Positions 1 through 9,342 are shown, counted from the stretch's first letter. The stretch is 47,288 nucleotides of DNA from Nanobdellota archaeon (GCA_018825425.1 JAHJEM010000070.1:1-47288), one strand, 5' to 3'. Numbers and translations are program-made. The notes: generated by a model from the sequence alone, not told the origin.

Positions 1-2
1 AA

Positions 3-620
3 CTGGACTTTACAATCAGGATTCCTGAGTGCACCACACCAAAATACTATGTGGTAAAACTCAATGTTGAGTATTTGGGAAGAAGCATAATTTACAAATC
101 AGGAAGAATAACTGTAACTCAAGGTGCTTGTGGTCTAGTTCCAGGTAACTTCAACATTGTTGACATCTATAATATTCAAGATGTTCCTGTTGGAAGTGCT
201 GCTGTGTATCCAATTAAGATAACTAATACAGATGATTATGCAAAATCATATGTTGTCCGTCTTGTTGGTGTGGATGGTTGGGGTAGCTATTACCTTGATA
301 GTGGCAGCGTAGTTGTCTTGGATCCTGGTCAGGAGAAAACAGTCAATGCACAAGTGTATGCAGGTAAGGATGCAGATATCGGCGAAAGGACGTTCATGGC
401 TGAAGTTACGCATAAGAATGAGGTAGAACAGATTGTGTTAGTGGCAAGTGTTAAAGGCGAAGATGAGAACAGGAATACTCTTCTTTTCCCTTCAGGGATT
501 ACAATCCTGAAAATTGTCCTAATCATACTTGTCATAGCTTTTATAGTGGTCGCTGTTCACTATACGTATGCAAGGCGAAAAGTTGTGAATAGGAACGAGT
601 TCCTGTTTCCTCAAGCATAA
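3..620 (+). CDS. Cell-surface protein, C-terminal part (5' end upstream of window); CARDB/COG1361-like beta-sandwich module plus C-terminal TM anchor
   Basis: Frame is open from nt 3, with no stop before the track's GTG at 51. 'IPEC..YYVVKLNVEY' and 'YPIKITNTDDY' resemble the repeated module of the 806-aa neighbour. Hydrophobic ILKIVLIILVIAFIVVAV is followed by a basic tail. Confidence 0.6.
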   Translation: MDFTIRIPECTTPKYYVVKLNVEYLGRSIIYKSGRITVTQGACGLVPGNFNIVDIYNIQDVPVGSAAVYPIKITNTDDYAKSYVVRLVGVDGWGSYYLDSGSVVVLDPGQEKTVNAQVYAGKDADIGERTFMAEVTHKNEVEQIVLVASVKGEDENRNTLLFPSGITILKIVLIILVIAFIVVAVHYTYARRKVVNRNEFLFPQA

Positions 621-816
621 TTATTTTTTTACTATTTTCATTATCATTCAGTATATATATTTCATCAATAAAATTAACCAACGAAAACACACAACGTGTC
701 CAGATGATTATTAATCACTTCAAAATGGTTATAATCGAAACTTTTAAATAGTAATGGGCATTATTTCCCACTTGGCACGGCGAGTGTTTTATATATGATT
801 CGTTGAGGGGAAATAC

Positions 817-1563
817 ATGAAAAAATTTTTGTTGCTTTCGGCAATCCTATTGGTAGTACTATCCTATTTTGTAAGCGCTCAATGTGAAACACTTGATACT
901 CAAACAGAAGACGTGCTTATTGATTCTGATTGTGATATTTATCCTGATATTGATGATAATTGTCCAAACACTGCGAATCCTGATCAAGAGGATTCAGATG
1001 GCAATGGGATTGGGGATGCATGTGAATCGCGTGTCCAGACTTCTCATCCGCCAGTTCCAGTTCTTATAAATGAACCTGTTGATGAGCCTGTGCCTGTACT
1101 AATAAGCATGCCCATAACTTCAAATACACTTGATATTCAATATATCACTATCAATGATCTTCAAAAGGGAGGTCTTGGTGAACTATACACTATAAAAGTC
1201 ACAAATACCCTTGGATATTCTGTACCTGTATCCATTAAGGTATCAGATATATATGAATGGGGTACATATTCAATCAAGCCAAGCAGTCTTTTAACTTTGG
1301 GATCAGGAAAGAGTGCAAAATTCCACATTTATGTGAAAGCAGATTTCACAGCGCCTTCTGGTGAACAAAAATTTCATGCAACCGTTGTTGCAGATGGCAA
1401 AGAAAGGGAGCTGGAGCTTTATGCTAATATTATTGGTGAGGGGAAAGGTACATCAAAGTCAAGAGACTATGGTACAACACTTGAAACAGTACTTATCTTT
1501 ATTGTGGTGTTGTTGCTTGTAATAGGCTTGGCGGGTGGATATGATAGATTAAAGAAAAGATAG
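817..1563 (+). CDS. Secreted, membrane-anchored surface protein with thrombospondin type-3-like Ca-binding repeat and CARDB-like domain
   Basis: N-terminal signal peptide (LLLSAILLVVLSYFVSA). 'DSDCDIYPDIDDNCPNTANPDQEDSDGNGIGDACE' matches the TSP3 DxDxDG/NCP pattern. 'YTIKVTNTLGY' is a beta-sandwich motif. C-terminal TM plus basic tail. GGGGA SD lies before the ATG. Confidence 0.65.
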   Translation: MKKFLLLSAILLVVLSYFVSAQCETLDTQTEDVLIDSDCDIYPDIDDNCPNTANPDQEDSDGNGIGDACESRVQTSHPPVPVLINEPVDEPVPVLISMPITSNTLDIQYITINDLQKGGLGELYTIKVTNTLGYSVPVSIKVSDIYEWGTYSIKPSSLLTLGSGKSAKFHIYVKADFTAPSGEQKFHATVVADGKERELELYANIIGEGKGTSKSRDYGTTLETVLIFIVVLLLVIGLAGGYDRLKKR

Positions 1564-1575
1564 AGGGTGTCTAAT

Positions 1576-3987
1576 ATGAGAATTAAAATGTATAATCAAA
1601 AAGATGAATCAAGGGAGATGCAGAATATGCAAAAGATGCATATAAAGCGAGTATTTACAGTATCCACCATTCTATTTGCACTGACATTGCTGATGTCTTC
1701 AATTGTCATGGCAGAATTCCAGGTCAATCTTTATTCAAATGAGTTTTCCATTGCAACTGAAAGGGATGACCTGAAAGTGTGTAGTTGTGGAACCAGAACA
1801 GATACATACGAAATAACAAATGTCGGAAACGTAGCATCACTCTTTTCCATTTCAACAGAATCGAATATTAATTCTTGGATAAGCCTATCTCAAAATACTT
1901 TTGAATTGCAACCAGGTAATGCTAGAAAAGTCGAGGCTTATGTCTATGTCCCTTGCGACACTCAAGGTTACTGGAATTATAATTTCAAGGTCCAGACCAA
2001 TTATGGAAGACAGAAGGGTATTTCAAGAGATGTGGCTGCTCATCAATGCCAGAACATCAAGGGCATGCTCAGATATTTCAATAAGACCATCGATCCATGT
2101 GAGACTGCTGAGTTTGAGATCATTATTGAGAATGTAGCCAGTTTCACGGAAAAGTACGAAGTCAGTTTGGGTGAGTATGACAAATATGCACAATTCTCTG
2201 AAAAAGAAGTCGAGATTGAACCAGGCAAGAAAAAGAGCGTCTTTGTCTATGTACAGATGCCTTGTGATGTTTATGGTACAATTCCATTGAATTTCCATAT
2301 CCACTCAAAACTAAATGGTCTTGACCAATATATTGGACATGGTTTGATTATTACAAGATCTTATGATTACAGTATTGATGGCAGGGAACGAAATGAGATC
2401 TGTAGCAGGGTTGTCAGTAAGATACCTGTAAAATTCACAAATAATGCTAAGTTGCCAAATGACTATAAAGTATCCTTTACAGGGCCTTCTTTTGCATCAT
2501 TTGAGCCTACGCAATTGACTCTGCTTCCTGGAGAATCACAAGAATTTGACATGCTATTTAACCCAGGAGTGACTGATGAAGGTATGCATACGCTTGGCAT
2601 TACCTCAAATTCAGAGCTCGGAGACATCACAAAAACCAGAAATCTTAATGTGGATGTCCAGCATTGTTATGATCATCAAGTTAATATTGATGCTCAGGCA
2701 CTTGATAAAGTGTGCTGCGGCAAAAAGATCTATACTGTAAACATCAGAAATTCAGGCATGTATACCGAGACCTTCTATCTGAAGCTAAAGTCTCCATTGT
2801 GGGCAAGACTCTCTCAAGAAGCAATAACCTTGAGACCTGGTGAGAATCAGAATATATTTGTTGAAGCAGACATTCCTTGCATAGATGATCAGTTTGAAGT
2901 TAGAATCATTGCTGAATCCGCATCTTCAGGCATCAGATCAGATGATGTCGTGACAATCCATTCATATGGTCCTGATAGCTGTACGAGGATAAAAGTAGTA
3001 AATGATGATAATCATATTGACTATTATACCAAAGAGTTTAATTTGGTATTGGAGAATGCAGGTGTCCAAGATGCAAGGTATTCTCTTGAGTTTATCTCTC
3101 AATTCTTTACAACTGATGTCACAGAGATTGACCTTGCCGTTGGAGAGCAGAAAACCATCAAGCTTGATTCAGTAGACTTAAACGGTTTTAGAAAAGGAGT
3201 ATACCTTGATGAGTTAAGAGCAGAAAACCAAGATTCTGGAAGCCTATATAAAGAAACTATCAAATGGAATCTAAATAAGAGGGGTATTTTCACTAGATTC
3301 GTGGATTATTTGTCAAGGAGCTATGTTTGCCTTGCTTTCCTACTATTATTCATAATTGGTGTTATTTTTGCACTTATATTGCTTTTCTACAAGCAAGTGC
3401 TAAAGGCATTTACACCTGAAAACAGCACCCTTATCTTGAGAAGAGTCCCGTACAACAGTAAGAAAAGGACAAGCGCAATTATATTATTTATCATTGTGTT
3501 TTTATTGCTGTTTTTGGCGGCGTTTGGATTCAGTGAAAGGCCTAGCTACGATCTGGTCCAGAAACCATTATATTTTGAGATGTATCAGAACTCAGAACTA
3601 GACATTAATGTTGCAGATTATTTCGCAGATCCTGATAATGATCCTTTGATGTTCTATGCTTCAAAAACAGAGAATATGGCAATTGATATTGCAGGAGAAA
3701 CCGCAAATGTCAAGCCAGCAGAAGGTTTCTTTGGCGAACGGAACATTGTCTTTATTGCTGATGATGGAAAAGGCGGCAGAGCTGAAAGTGCAGTCATAAC
3801 ACTGAAGATACTAGAGAAGCCAAAGAGAACCCTGACACAAGGCTTCGCATACAACTGTCCGATTGTGTTTGTGGCATTCTTGTTTGTGCTCTGGTTGGTT
3901 ACTTTCATCTTCCACGTGAGAAAAGGTAGGTTTGTATATTTTTACAGACAAAACAAGCCTACTAAGAAACCAAGGAGAAAGAAATAA
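1576..3987 (+). CDS. Large multi-domain surface/membrane protein (repeated Cys-bracketed CARDB-like modules, cadherin/Ig-like domain, several TM segments)
   Basis: ORF 1567-3987; the ATG at 1576 follows a GGGTG SD. At least four modules start with C and end in a 'PC' motif (VPCDTQGYWNYNF, MPCDVYGTIPLNF, IPCIDDQFEVRI). 'DPDNDPLMFYAS...VFIADDGKGG' is cadherin-like. Internal and C-terminal TM helices. Confidence 0.7.
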   Translation: MRIKMYNQKDESREMQNMQKMHIKRVFTVSTILFALTLLMSSIVMAEFQVNLYSNEFSIATERDDLKVCSCGTRTDTYEITNVGNVASLFSISTESNINSWISLSQNTFELQPGNARKVEAYVYVPCDTQGYWNYNFKVQTNYGRQKGISRDVAAHQCQNIKGMLRYFNKTIDPCETAEFEIIIENVASFTEKYEVSLGEYDKYAQFSEKEVEIEPGKKKSVFVYVQMPCDVYGTIPLNFHIHSKLNGLDQYIGHGLIITRSYDYSIDGRERNEICSRVVSKIPVKFTNNAKLPNDYKVSFTGPSFASFEPTQLTLLPGESQEFDMLFNPGVTDEGMHTLGITSNSELGDITKTRNLNVDVQHCYDHQVNIDAQALDKVCCGKKIYTVNIRNSGMYTETFYLKLKSPLWARLSQEAITLRPGENQNIFVEADIPCIDDQFEVRIIAESASSGIRSDDVVTIHSYGPDSCTRIKVVNDDNHIDYYTKEFNLVLENAGVQDARYSLEFISQFFTTDVTEIDLAVGEQKTIKLDSVDLNGFRKGVYLDELRAENQDSGSLYKETIKWNLNKRGIFTRFVDYLSRSYVCLAFLLLFIIGVIFALILLFYKQVLKAFTPENSTLILRRVPYNSKKRTSAIILFIIVFLLLFLAAFGFSERPSYDLVQKPLYFEMYQNSELDINVADYFADPDNDPLMFYASKTENMAIDIAGETANVKPAEGFFGERNIVFIADDGKGGRAESAVITLKILEKPKRTLTQGFAYNCPIVFVAFLFVLWLVTFIFHVRKGRFVYFYRQNKPTKKPRRKK

Positions 3988-4047
3988 ATAGTTCCTATAT
4001 TATTTTATTTTTATTATTGAGATTATTGTCAAATATGAGGTGATTTA

Positions 4048-4644
4048 ATGAAAAGTTTATATGCAATTATTCTGGGAAGTGCTCTTGCAGCTGGTGCCGC
4101 GAATGCAGATATTATTCTTGATGGAGATACATCCGACGTAACAGGTAATCTAAGAGGATCGAATTCAACTACTCAAACCATACCACAATCTGGAATAACA
4201 ACCTATATTGAAGGAGGCATAACTGTTGAATTGCCTTATGAACCTCGAGGTCCATGGAAAGTTGAGTACCAAAACGCTCTTGAAATGGCCAATAAAAGAG
4301 GGGGTGTACGTTTCACCTTTTGGGATCAAGATTTTGGTGAAGGACTTGATGTAATCACTGAATTTTGTAGGTTATCTGACGGTACACCAACATCGGGAGT
4401 AGGAAAAAGATATTGGCGCATGCAAGTAAGAGACGGACAGAATTTGATAGGACTTGCTGGAAGGTTATCTCAATTTACAACTAGGCGTGTTACTTGGGAG
4501 GATTTGTATGAAGCGAACAAAGCAGTTATTGGTGATGATCCTCATCATATTGAACCTGGGCAAACTTTCACCTATGGGGCTGATTTCCAAACGCCCAGAG
4601 AACAAAGAGATGAAGCAAACCTTCATAAAATCAGAGAATTATAA
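4048..4644 (+). CDS. Secreted protein with C-terminal LysM-like (YgaU-type) motif
   Basis: GAGGTGAT SD upstream. Ala-rich signal peptide MKSLYAIILGSALAAGAANA. 'LYEANKAVIGDDPHHIEPGQTFTY' resembles the LysM C-terminal consensus (..EANK....PD.I.PGQ.L.). Confidence 0.55.
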   Translation: MKSLYAIILGSALAAGAANADIILDGDTSDVTGNLRGSNSTTQTIPQSGITTYIEGGITVELPYEPRGPWKVEYQNALEMANKRGGVRFTFWDQDFGEGLDVITEFCRLSDGTPTSGVGKRYWRMQVRDGQNLIGLAGRLSQFTTRRVTWEDLYEANKAVIGDDPHHIEPGQTFTYGADFQTPREQRDEANLHKIREL

Positions 4645-4647
4645 AAT

Positions 4648-4657
4648 TTTATAAATA
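4648..4657 (+). promoter_or_regulatory. TATA box candidate for tRNA-Trp
   Basis: TTTATAAATA is centred about 30 nt upstream of the mature tRNA 5' end at 4682. Confidence 0.4.
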
Positions 4658-4681
4658 AACAAACATTTTTTTCTGATTCTA

Positions 4682-4828
4682 GGGGACGTAGTATAACCTG
4701 GCTAGAATAGTTGGCTCCAGTTTGCTGGAGCGCTGAGCCAAACTCTTGTTTGGCAATGAAGAGAAAAACGGCATGTGCTTTAAGCAGGAAGATACCAACG
4801 GATTGGGGTTCGAATCCCCACGTCCCCA
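4682..4828 (+). tRNA. tRNA-Trp (anticodon CCA) with a 73-nt intron at the canonical 37/38 position; CCA not encoded
   Basis: Acceptor GGGGACG/CGTCCCC with A73. T-arm TGGGG-TTCGAAT-CCCCA. Anticodon stem GTTGG (4710-4714)/CCAAC (4795-4799). Loop C-U-CCA-G|intron|A. Near-canonical bulge-helix-bulge at both splice sites. The D-stem is imperfect (G10:U25, U11:A24, A12/A23 mismatch, U13:G22). Followed by T7. Confidence 0.75.
4721..4793 (+). ncRNA. tRNA-Trp intron carrying a box C/D-like guide for the anticodon loop
   Basis: CTGGAGC (4725-4731) is perfectly complementary to exon GCTCCAG (4714-4720). CUGA at 4733-4736 puts C34 (4717) opposite the 5th nt upstream. Hairpin 4737-4754 is followed by AUGAAGA (4756-4762), a C'-like box. 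Confidence 0.5.
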
Positions 4829-4829
4829 G

Positions 4830-4836
4830 TTTTTTT
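4830..4836 (+). terminator. Oligo-T terminator after tRNA-Trp
   Basis: T7 run one nucleotide after the discriminator base (4828). Confidence 0.5.
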
Positions 4837-4915
4837 GCCCAGTTCGTACTGTTGAGCAAAGCGAAACAGTATAATACTGTGCTGGGTTGTACGTCAGCGT
4901 ACAAGTGGGAATCAA

Positions 4916-4933
4916 CACGTCCCCAGTTTTTTT
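4916..4933 (+). repeat. Exact 18-nt direct repeat of the tRNA-Trp 3' end plus T7 (copy of 4819-4836)
   Basis: CACGTCCCCAGTTTTTTT occurs at 4819-4836 and again at 4916-4933. Similarity extends upstream (GAATC..CACG), giving 25 nt with 2 mismatches. Confidence 0.85.
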
Positions 4934-4954
4934 AAATAGACTTATGAGGAACAA

Positions 4955-5815
4955 ATGATAGGAATAATTCTGGTTGTAATCGCTGCGATATCTGCGGCAA
5001 TTGAACATGTTCTTCAGAAACTGGTTATAACTAGAGGTAAAAGTCTGGCATACACATTTATTTGGCAAGTGTTATCGGCAATTCTATTCTTTATATTATT
5101 TCTATTTAACATTGATTTTCCAAAAGGAGTGTTGCCATGGATAATTGTTGGTGTTTCTTCCTTGTTTTGGATTGCGGGTTCTTTTTCAGGATTTAAGTCA
5201 TATGAATATTTGGATTTGTCAATTAAGGGACCTTTGTCAAAATTGAAAATCATATTTGTGCTGATTCTTAGTGTTCTAATTTTCAAGGAGAGCCTGTCTG
5301 CTGAGAAATTAATTGGTACAGGACTTGTTGTAATTGGAGCAATTCTTATTACATATAATCGGCAATTGAAACTATCTAGTTTCAAGAATAAAGGAGTGAT
5401 CTATGCGGTTTTATCTTCTTTTCTTATTGCTATGGCATTTCTAATTGATAAGTATGCTCTCAATTTTTTTGAAGTCGAACTATATATTCTGCTTGTTTTT
5501 CTGCTTCCTGCGATATATATTGCGCCATTCGCATTTAGGAAGAGAAAAGACGTTGAACAACTCATTAAAACAAGTTTTTGGAAGATTGCAATCACAATGG
5601 TTTTTGGATCTTTGGCATATTATCTGACACTATATGCATTTAAAATGATTGAGGCGAGTGTAGCCATACCCATTTTTGAGTTGAATACTATGTTCGCTGT
5701 TGTTGGTGGAATTATATGTCTAAAAGAAAGAACTGATATTAAGAAAAAAGTAATCTCGACAATTCTGATTGTATTAGGAGTTGTGTTAGTGTCGGGATTA
5801 TATGTTGTTTTCTAG
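4955..5815 (+). CDS. EamA/DMT-family transporter
   Basis: About 10 hydrophobic helices arranged in two halves, typical of EamA-type permeases. GAGGA SD upstream. Confidence 0.7.
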   Translation: MIGIILVVIAAISAAIEHVLQKLVITRGKSLAYTFIWQVLSAILFFILFLFNIDFPKGVLPWIIVGVSSLFWIAGSFSGFKSYEYLDLSIKGPLSKLKIIFVLILSVLIFKESLSAEKLIGTGLVVIGAILITYNRQLKLSSFKNKGVIYAVLSSFLIAMAFLIDKYALNFFEVELYILLVFLLPAIYIAPFAFRKRKDVEQLIKTSFWKIAITMVFGSLAYYLTLYAFKMIEASVAIPIFELNTMFAVVGGIICLKERTDIKKKVISTILIVLGVVLVSGLYVVF

Positions 5816-5821
5816 GAGAGT

Positions 5822-7771
5822 CTATCTCTTCTTCCCCAACCTCATCTCAAGTGTCCGTATCTGTTCTCGGATCTCAATGGCCCTTTCAAATTCGAGCTTC
5901 TCTGCTGCTTCATGCATCTTGGCATCGAGTTCAATTATAACGTTTGGAATCTCTTTTTTAGGGATGTGTTTTGTGTCTTTAATCTCCACTTCTTTCTCTT
6001 TTATTGGTTTGATTATTGTTTTTGGGGTAATCTTATGCTTCTTATTGTATTCCATCTGTATCTGTCGTCGTCTTTTGGTCTCTTTAAGGGCCAATTTGAT
6101 AGAATCAGTCATCTTATCAGCATACAATACCACTTTTGAATCCACGTTTCTAGCTGCACGTCCAATAATCTGTATCAAACTCTTTGTGTCCCGCAAAAAA
6201 CCTTCCTTATCCGCATCTAGAATTCCAATGAAACTCACTTCAGGGATATCCAATCCTTCTCGAAGCAGGTTGATACCCACTAGTACATCGAATTTTCCAA
6301 GCCTGAGCTCTCTTATTATCTCTGTTCGTTCCAGTGTATGGATTTCAGAATGAAGATATCTGGTCTTGATTCCTTCCTCTGCCAAGTATTCGCTCATTTC
6401 CTCAGCCAGTTTTTTTGTGAGTGTTGTTACGAGAGCTCTATTTCCGCTCTTGATGGTAGCCTCAATCTCTTTTTTTAAGTCTTCAATCTGTCCTGTGATG
6501 GGTCTGACCTCAACTACAGGATCAATCAAGCCTGTGGGTCGTATTATCTGTTCGACAATCTGTATGGAAGCTTCGCGTTCATATGGTCCGGGTGTTGCAG
6601 AAACAAATACTACTGATCTCATGTATTTTTCAAATTCTTTGAATTTGAGTGGACGATTATCATAAGCGCAGGAGAGGCGGAATCCATAATCAACAAGATT
6701 CCTTTTTCGGCTGCGATCTCCTTTGTACATACCGTGAAATTGAGGTATGGTCTGATGACTCTCATCAATTATCATAAGGAAATCATTAGGAAAATAATCC
6801 AGAAGACAGTATGGTTTTGATCCTTTTTTTCTGTTGTCAAAATGTCTTGAATAATTCTCAATGCCCTTACAATATCCTGTTTCCTCGATCATTTCTATAT
6901 CATAATTAGTGCGTTGTTTTAGACGGTGTGCTTCAATCATCTCAAGCTTAGGCAGTTCTTCTTTTAATTCCTTTCTTAATCCTTGCAATGCCTTAAGTTT
7001 TGCTCCTTCAGGAATAACGAAGTGGCGTGCGGGATAGACATAGAAATATTTCATCTCTTCTTTGATGGCTCCTGTTATCTTATCTACTTCAACAATCCTT
7101 TCAACAACATCTCCAAACATTTCAAATCTGATTATATCATTGAAATATCCTGGGACGATGTCAATAGTGTCACCTTTGGCTCGAAAGCGTCCAGGCATGA
7201 GTTCAGTCTGGTTTCTCTCAAATTGGATGTTGATTAGCTTGTGAAGCAAGTCATTTCTTGTAATTTTTTGCCCTTTTTTTATTTCAAAACCCAAGTTTTT
7301 GAAGTGCTCAGGGTTTCCTAGTCCATAAATGCAAGAGACTGATGCAACAACAATGACATCTCTAAAGCCAATTAGAGATGCTGTGGTCGAGAGTCTCATC
7401 TGTTCAATCTTCTGGTTTATTGCAGAATCTTTCTCTATATATTGGTCTTTTGATGGGATGTAGGATTCTGGTTGATAATAATCATAGTAAGAGACGAAGT
7501 ATTCAACATGATTATCTGGAAACAATTCCTTGAACTCATTGTATAGCTGTGCTGCAAGAGTCTTGTTATGTGCAATCACTAGCGTTGGTGTCTGTGCTTG
7601 GGCAATCACGTTTGCCATGGTAAATGTCTTTCCAGATCCAGTCACGCCGAGAAGAGTTTGCGCTGCATATTTCTTTTTAAGGCCACTGACTAGCTTGCGA
7701 ATCGCTTCAGGCTGCGAACCTTTTGGTTTCATACTTTTAGACAGTTCGAATCCTATCATTTTATTTGTCAT
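5822..7771 (-). CDS. uvrB: Excinuclease ABC subunit B
   Basis: Walker A 'GVTGSGKTFTMANVI', helicase motifs, C-terminal UVR domain 'EKLEFERAIEIREQI'. 4-nt overlap with uvrC. Confidence 0.95.
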   Translation of the reverse strand: MTNKMIGFELSKSMKPKGSQPEAIRKLVSGLKKKYAAQTLLGVTGSGKTFTMANVIAQAQTPTLVIAHNKTLAAQLYNEFKELFPDNHVEYFVSYYDYYQPESYIPSKDQYIEKDSAINQKIEQMRLSTTASLIGFRDVIVVASVSCIYGLGNPEHFKNLGFEIKKGQKITRNDLLHKLINIQFERNQTELMPGRFRAKGDTIDIVPGYFNDIIRFEMFGDVVERIVEVDKITGAIKEEMKYFYVYPARHFVIPEGAKLKALQGLRKELKEELPKLEMIEAHRLKQRTNYDIEMIEETGYCKGIENYSRHFDNRKKGSKPYCLLDYFPNDFLMIIDESHQTIPQFHGMYKGDRSRKRNLVDYGFRLSCAYDNRPLKFKEFEKYMRSVVFVSATPGPYEREASIQIVEQIIRPTGLIDPVVEVRPITGQIEDLKKEIEATIKSGNRALVTTLTKKLAEEMSEYLAEEGIKTRYLHSEIHTLERTEIIRELRLGKFDVLVGINLLREGLDIPEVSFIGILDADKEGFLRDTKSLIQIIGRAARNVDSKVVLYADKMTDSIKLALKETKRRRQIQMEYNKKHKITPKTIIKPIKEKEVEIKDTKHIPKKEIPNVIIELDAKMHEAAEKLEFERAIEIREQIRTLEMRLGKKR

Positions 7772-9342
7772 TTCTTTTCTCTTAATGCTTTCTTGCGCAA
7801 AAGCCGGTTATATTTTATTGCGAATCGATGAGCCTCATCTCGAATTTCTTGGAGATACCTTAGGCCCACACTCTTCCTTTCCAATCGAAGGGTTCCTGAA
7901 ATTCCAGGGAGATGGATCTCCTCAAATTTCTTTGCAATTGAGATCATTGGAATCTGCAGGCCAAGTCCTCTGAGCACATCTAAACCTGCACCTAGCTGGC
8001 CTTTCCCTCCGTCAATCAGTATGAGATCTGGCATCTGGTTCTTCTCTTCGAGAAGCCTGCGATATCGTCTGAGGATGACTTCTGAAATAGCTTTGACATC
8101 GTCAATGCCATGTACAGTCCGTATTTTGAACCTGCGATAATTGCTCTTATCTGGTTTTCCATTCCTAAACTGTATCATGGATCCTGTTGTAGATGTGCCT
8201 GATAGATGAGATATGTCAAAGCACTCAATCACTTTTGGAGGATTGTTTATTTTCAGAGCACGTTGAAGTGCTTCAACCTTAACCATGTCACCGAAAAAAT
8301 TCAATTCAATATTTTTAGCAGTCAGATCAAGCAATCCTTTTTTCTCTCCAATCTTAGGGACATTGATTCTGACCTGGGATTTTCTTTTTTTCGATAGAAA
8401 TTCATTAAATGCACCAGATACTTTTGTTGGGATAATGATTTCTTTTGGAATTGGATTATCAGAGTAGAATCTGCTCAGGAACTCCTCGAAGAAGTCATCA
8501 GAAAAATCAAAAATAAACTCTTGCTTGTTGTAGAGTGTGCCATTATGGACATTGAATACAATCAGATAGACCTTGTCGTCTTTGATCAGATAGTTTATGA
8601 CATCCTCATCATATTTTTTTTGGCGTTCCATTATCCATTTCTCGTTGAGGTATTTCAAAGATTCAATCTGGTTTCGCAGAAGGATCGCCTTTTCAAATTC
8701 AAGAGAATTGGAAGCCTTTTTCATCTTGGATTCAAGTTTTCTTATCAGAAATTTTGTCTTACCCTTAAGAATATCTCTTGCAATACCTATTATTGATCCA
8801 TATTCTTCCTCATCCAACAAGCCTATGCATGGTGCAAGGCAGAGGCCGATATGATATCTAAGACATGCTCGTTTTGGCAGTTTTTTGCATGTTCTTATAC
8901 CAAGAATTCTGTTTATCAGATATAAGACATCCTCTCTTGCACTGGCTGAGATAAATGGTCCATAATACTCTCCTTTTGAGGTTCTTTTCCGTGCAATTAT
9001 TACCCTTGGAAACTTCTCTTGTGTAATCTCAACATATGCATACCGTCTAGAATCTTTTAGATCAATGTTATATTTTGGTTTGTTTTCTTTTATCAGATTG
9101 TTCTCTAGGAGAAGTGCATCTGATTCAGAATCAGTGATTATGAAATCAATATCTGCAATTCTTTTTTTCAATTGCTCGGTCTTGATATCGCTTTGCTTTT
9201 TATAAAAATAGCTATCAACCCTTTTTTTCAGGTTCTTCGCCTTGCCAATATATATGATGTTTCCTTGCTTGTCTTTGTAGATATAACAGCCAGGCTCAGC
9301 TGGTAATTTTTTGGCTAGTTTTTTCTTTTCTTCCATTTTCAA
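7768..9342 (-). CDS. uvrC: Excinuclease ABC subunit C
   Basis: N-terminal GIY-YIG motif '[25 protein letters not shown]', a UVR domain and a C-terminal endonuclease region. The start overlaps the uvrA 3' end by 47 nt. Confidence 0.9.
   Translation of the reverse strand: MKMEEKKKLAKKLPAEPGCYIYKDKQGNIIYIGKAKNLKKRVDSYFYKKQSDIKTEQLKKRIADIDFIITDSESDALLLENNLIKENKPKYNIDLKDSRRYAYVEITQEKFPRVIIARKRTSKGEYYGPFISASAREDVLYLINRILGIRTCKKLPKRACLRYHIGLCLAPCIGLLDEEEYGSIIGIARDILKGKTKFLIRKLESKMKKASNSLEFEKAILLRNQIESLKYLNEKWIMERQKKYDEDVINYLIKDDKVYLIVFNVHNGTLYNKQEFIFDFSDDFFEEFLSRFYSDNPIPKEIIIPTKVSGAFNEFLSKKRKSQVRINVPKIGEKKGLLDLTAKNIELNFFGDMVKVEALQRALKINNPPKVIECFDISHLSGTSTTGSMIQFRNGKPDKSNYRRFKIRTVHGIDDVKAISEVILRRYRRLLEEKNQMPDLILIDGGKGQLGAGLDVLRGLGLQIPMISIAKKFEEIHLPGISGTLRLERKSVGLRYLQEIRDEAHRFAIKYNRLLRKKALREKK

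Noticed and set aside
4712-4740. Alternative tRNA fold using TGGCT/AGCCA (or TTGGCTC/GAGCCAA) as the anticodon stem
   Set aside because: It gives a 19-nt loop without U33 and leaves ~58 nt unexplained before the T-arm. The GTTGG/CCAAC model gives a canonical CUCCAGA loop, a 37/38 intron and a BHB motif.
4679-5068. Track ORFs overlapping the tRNA locus (4623-4904 minus, 4679-5068 minus, 4711-4935 plus)
   Set aside because: They overlap a well-supported tRNA and the EamA gene start. They have no SD and implausible composition.
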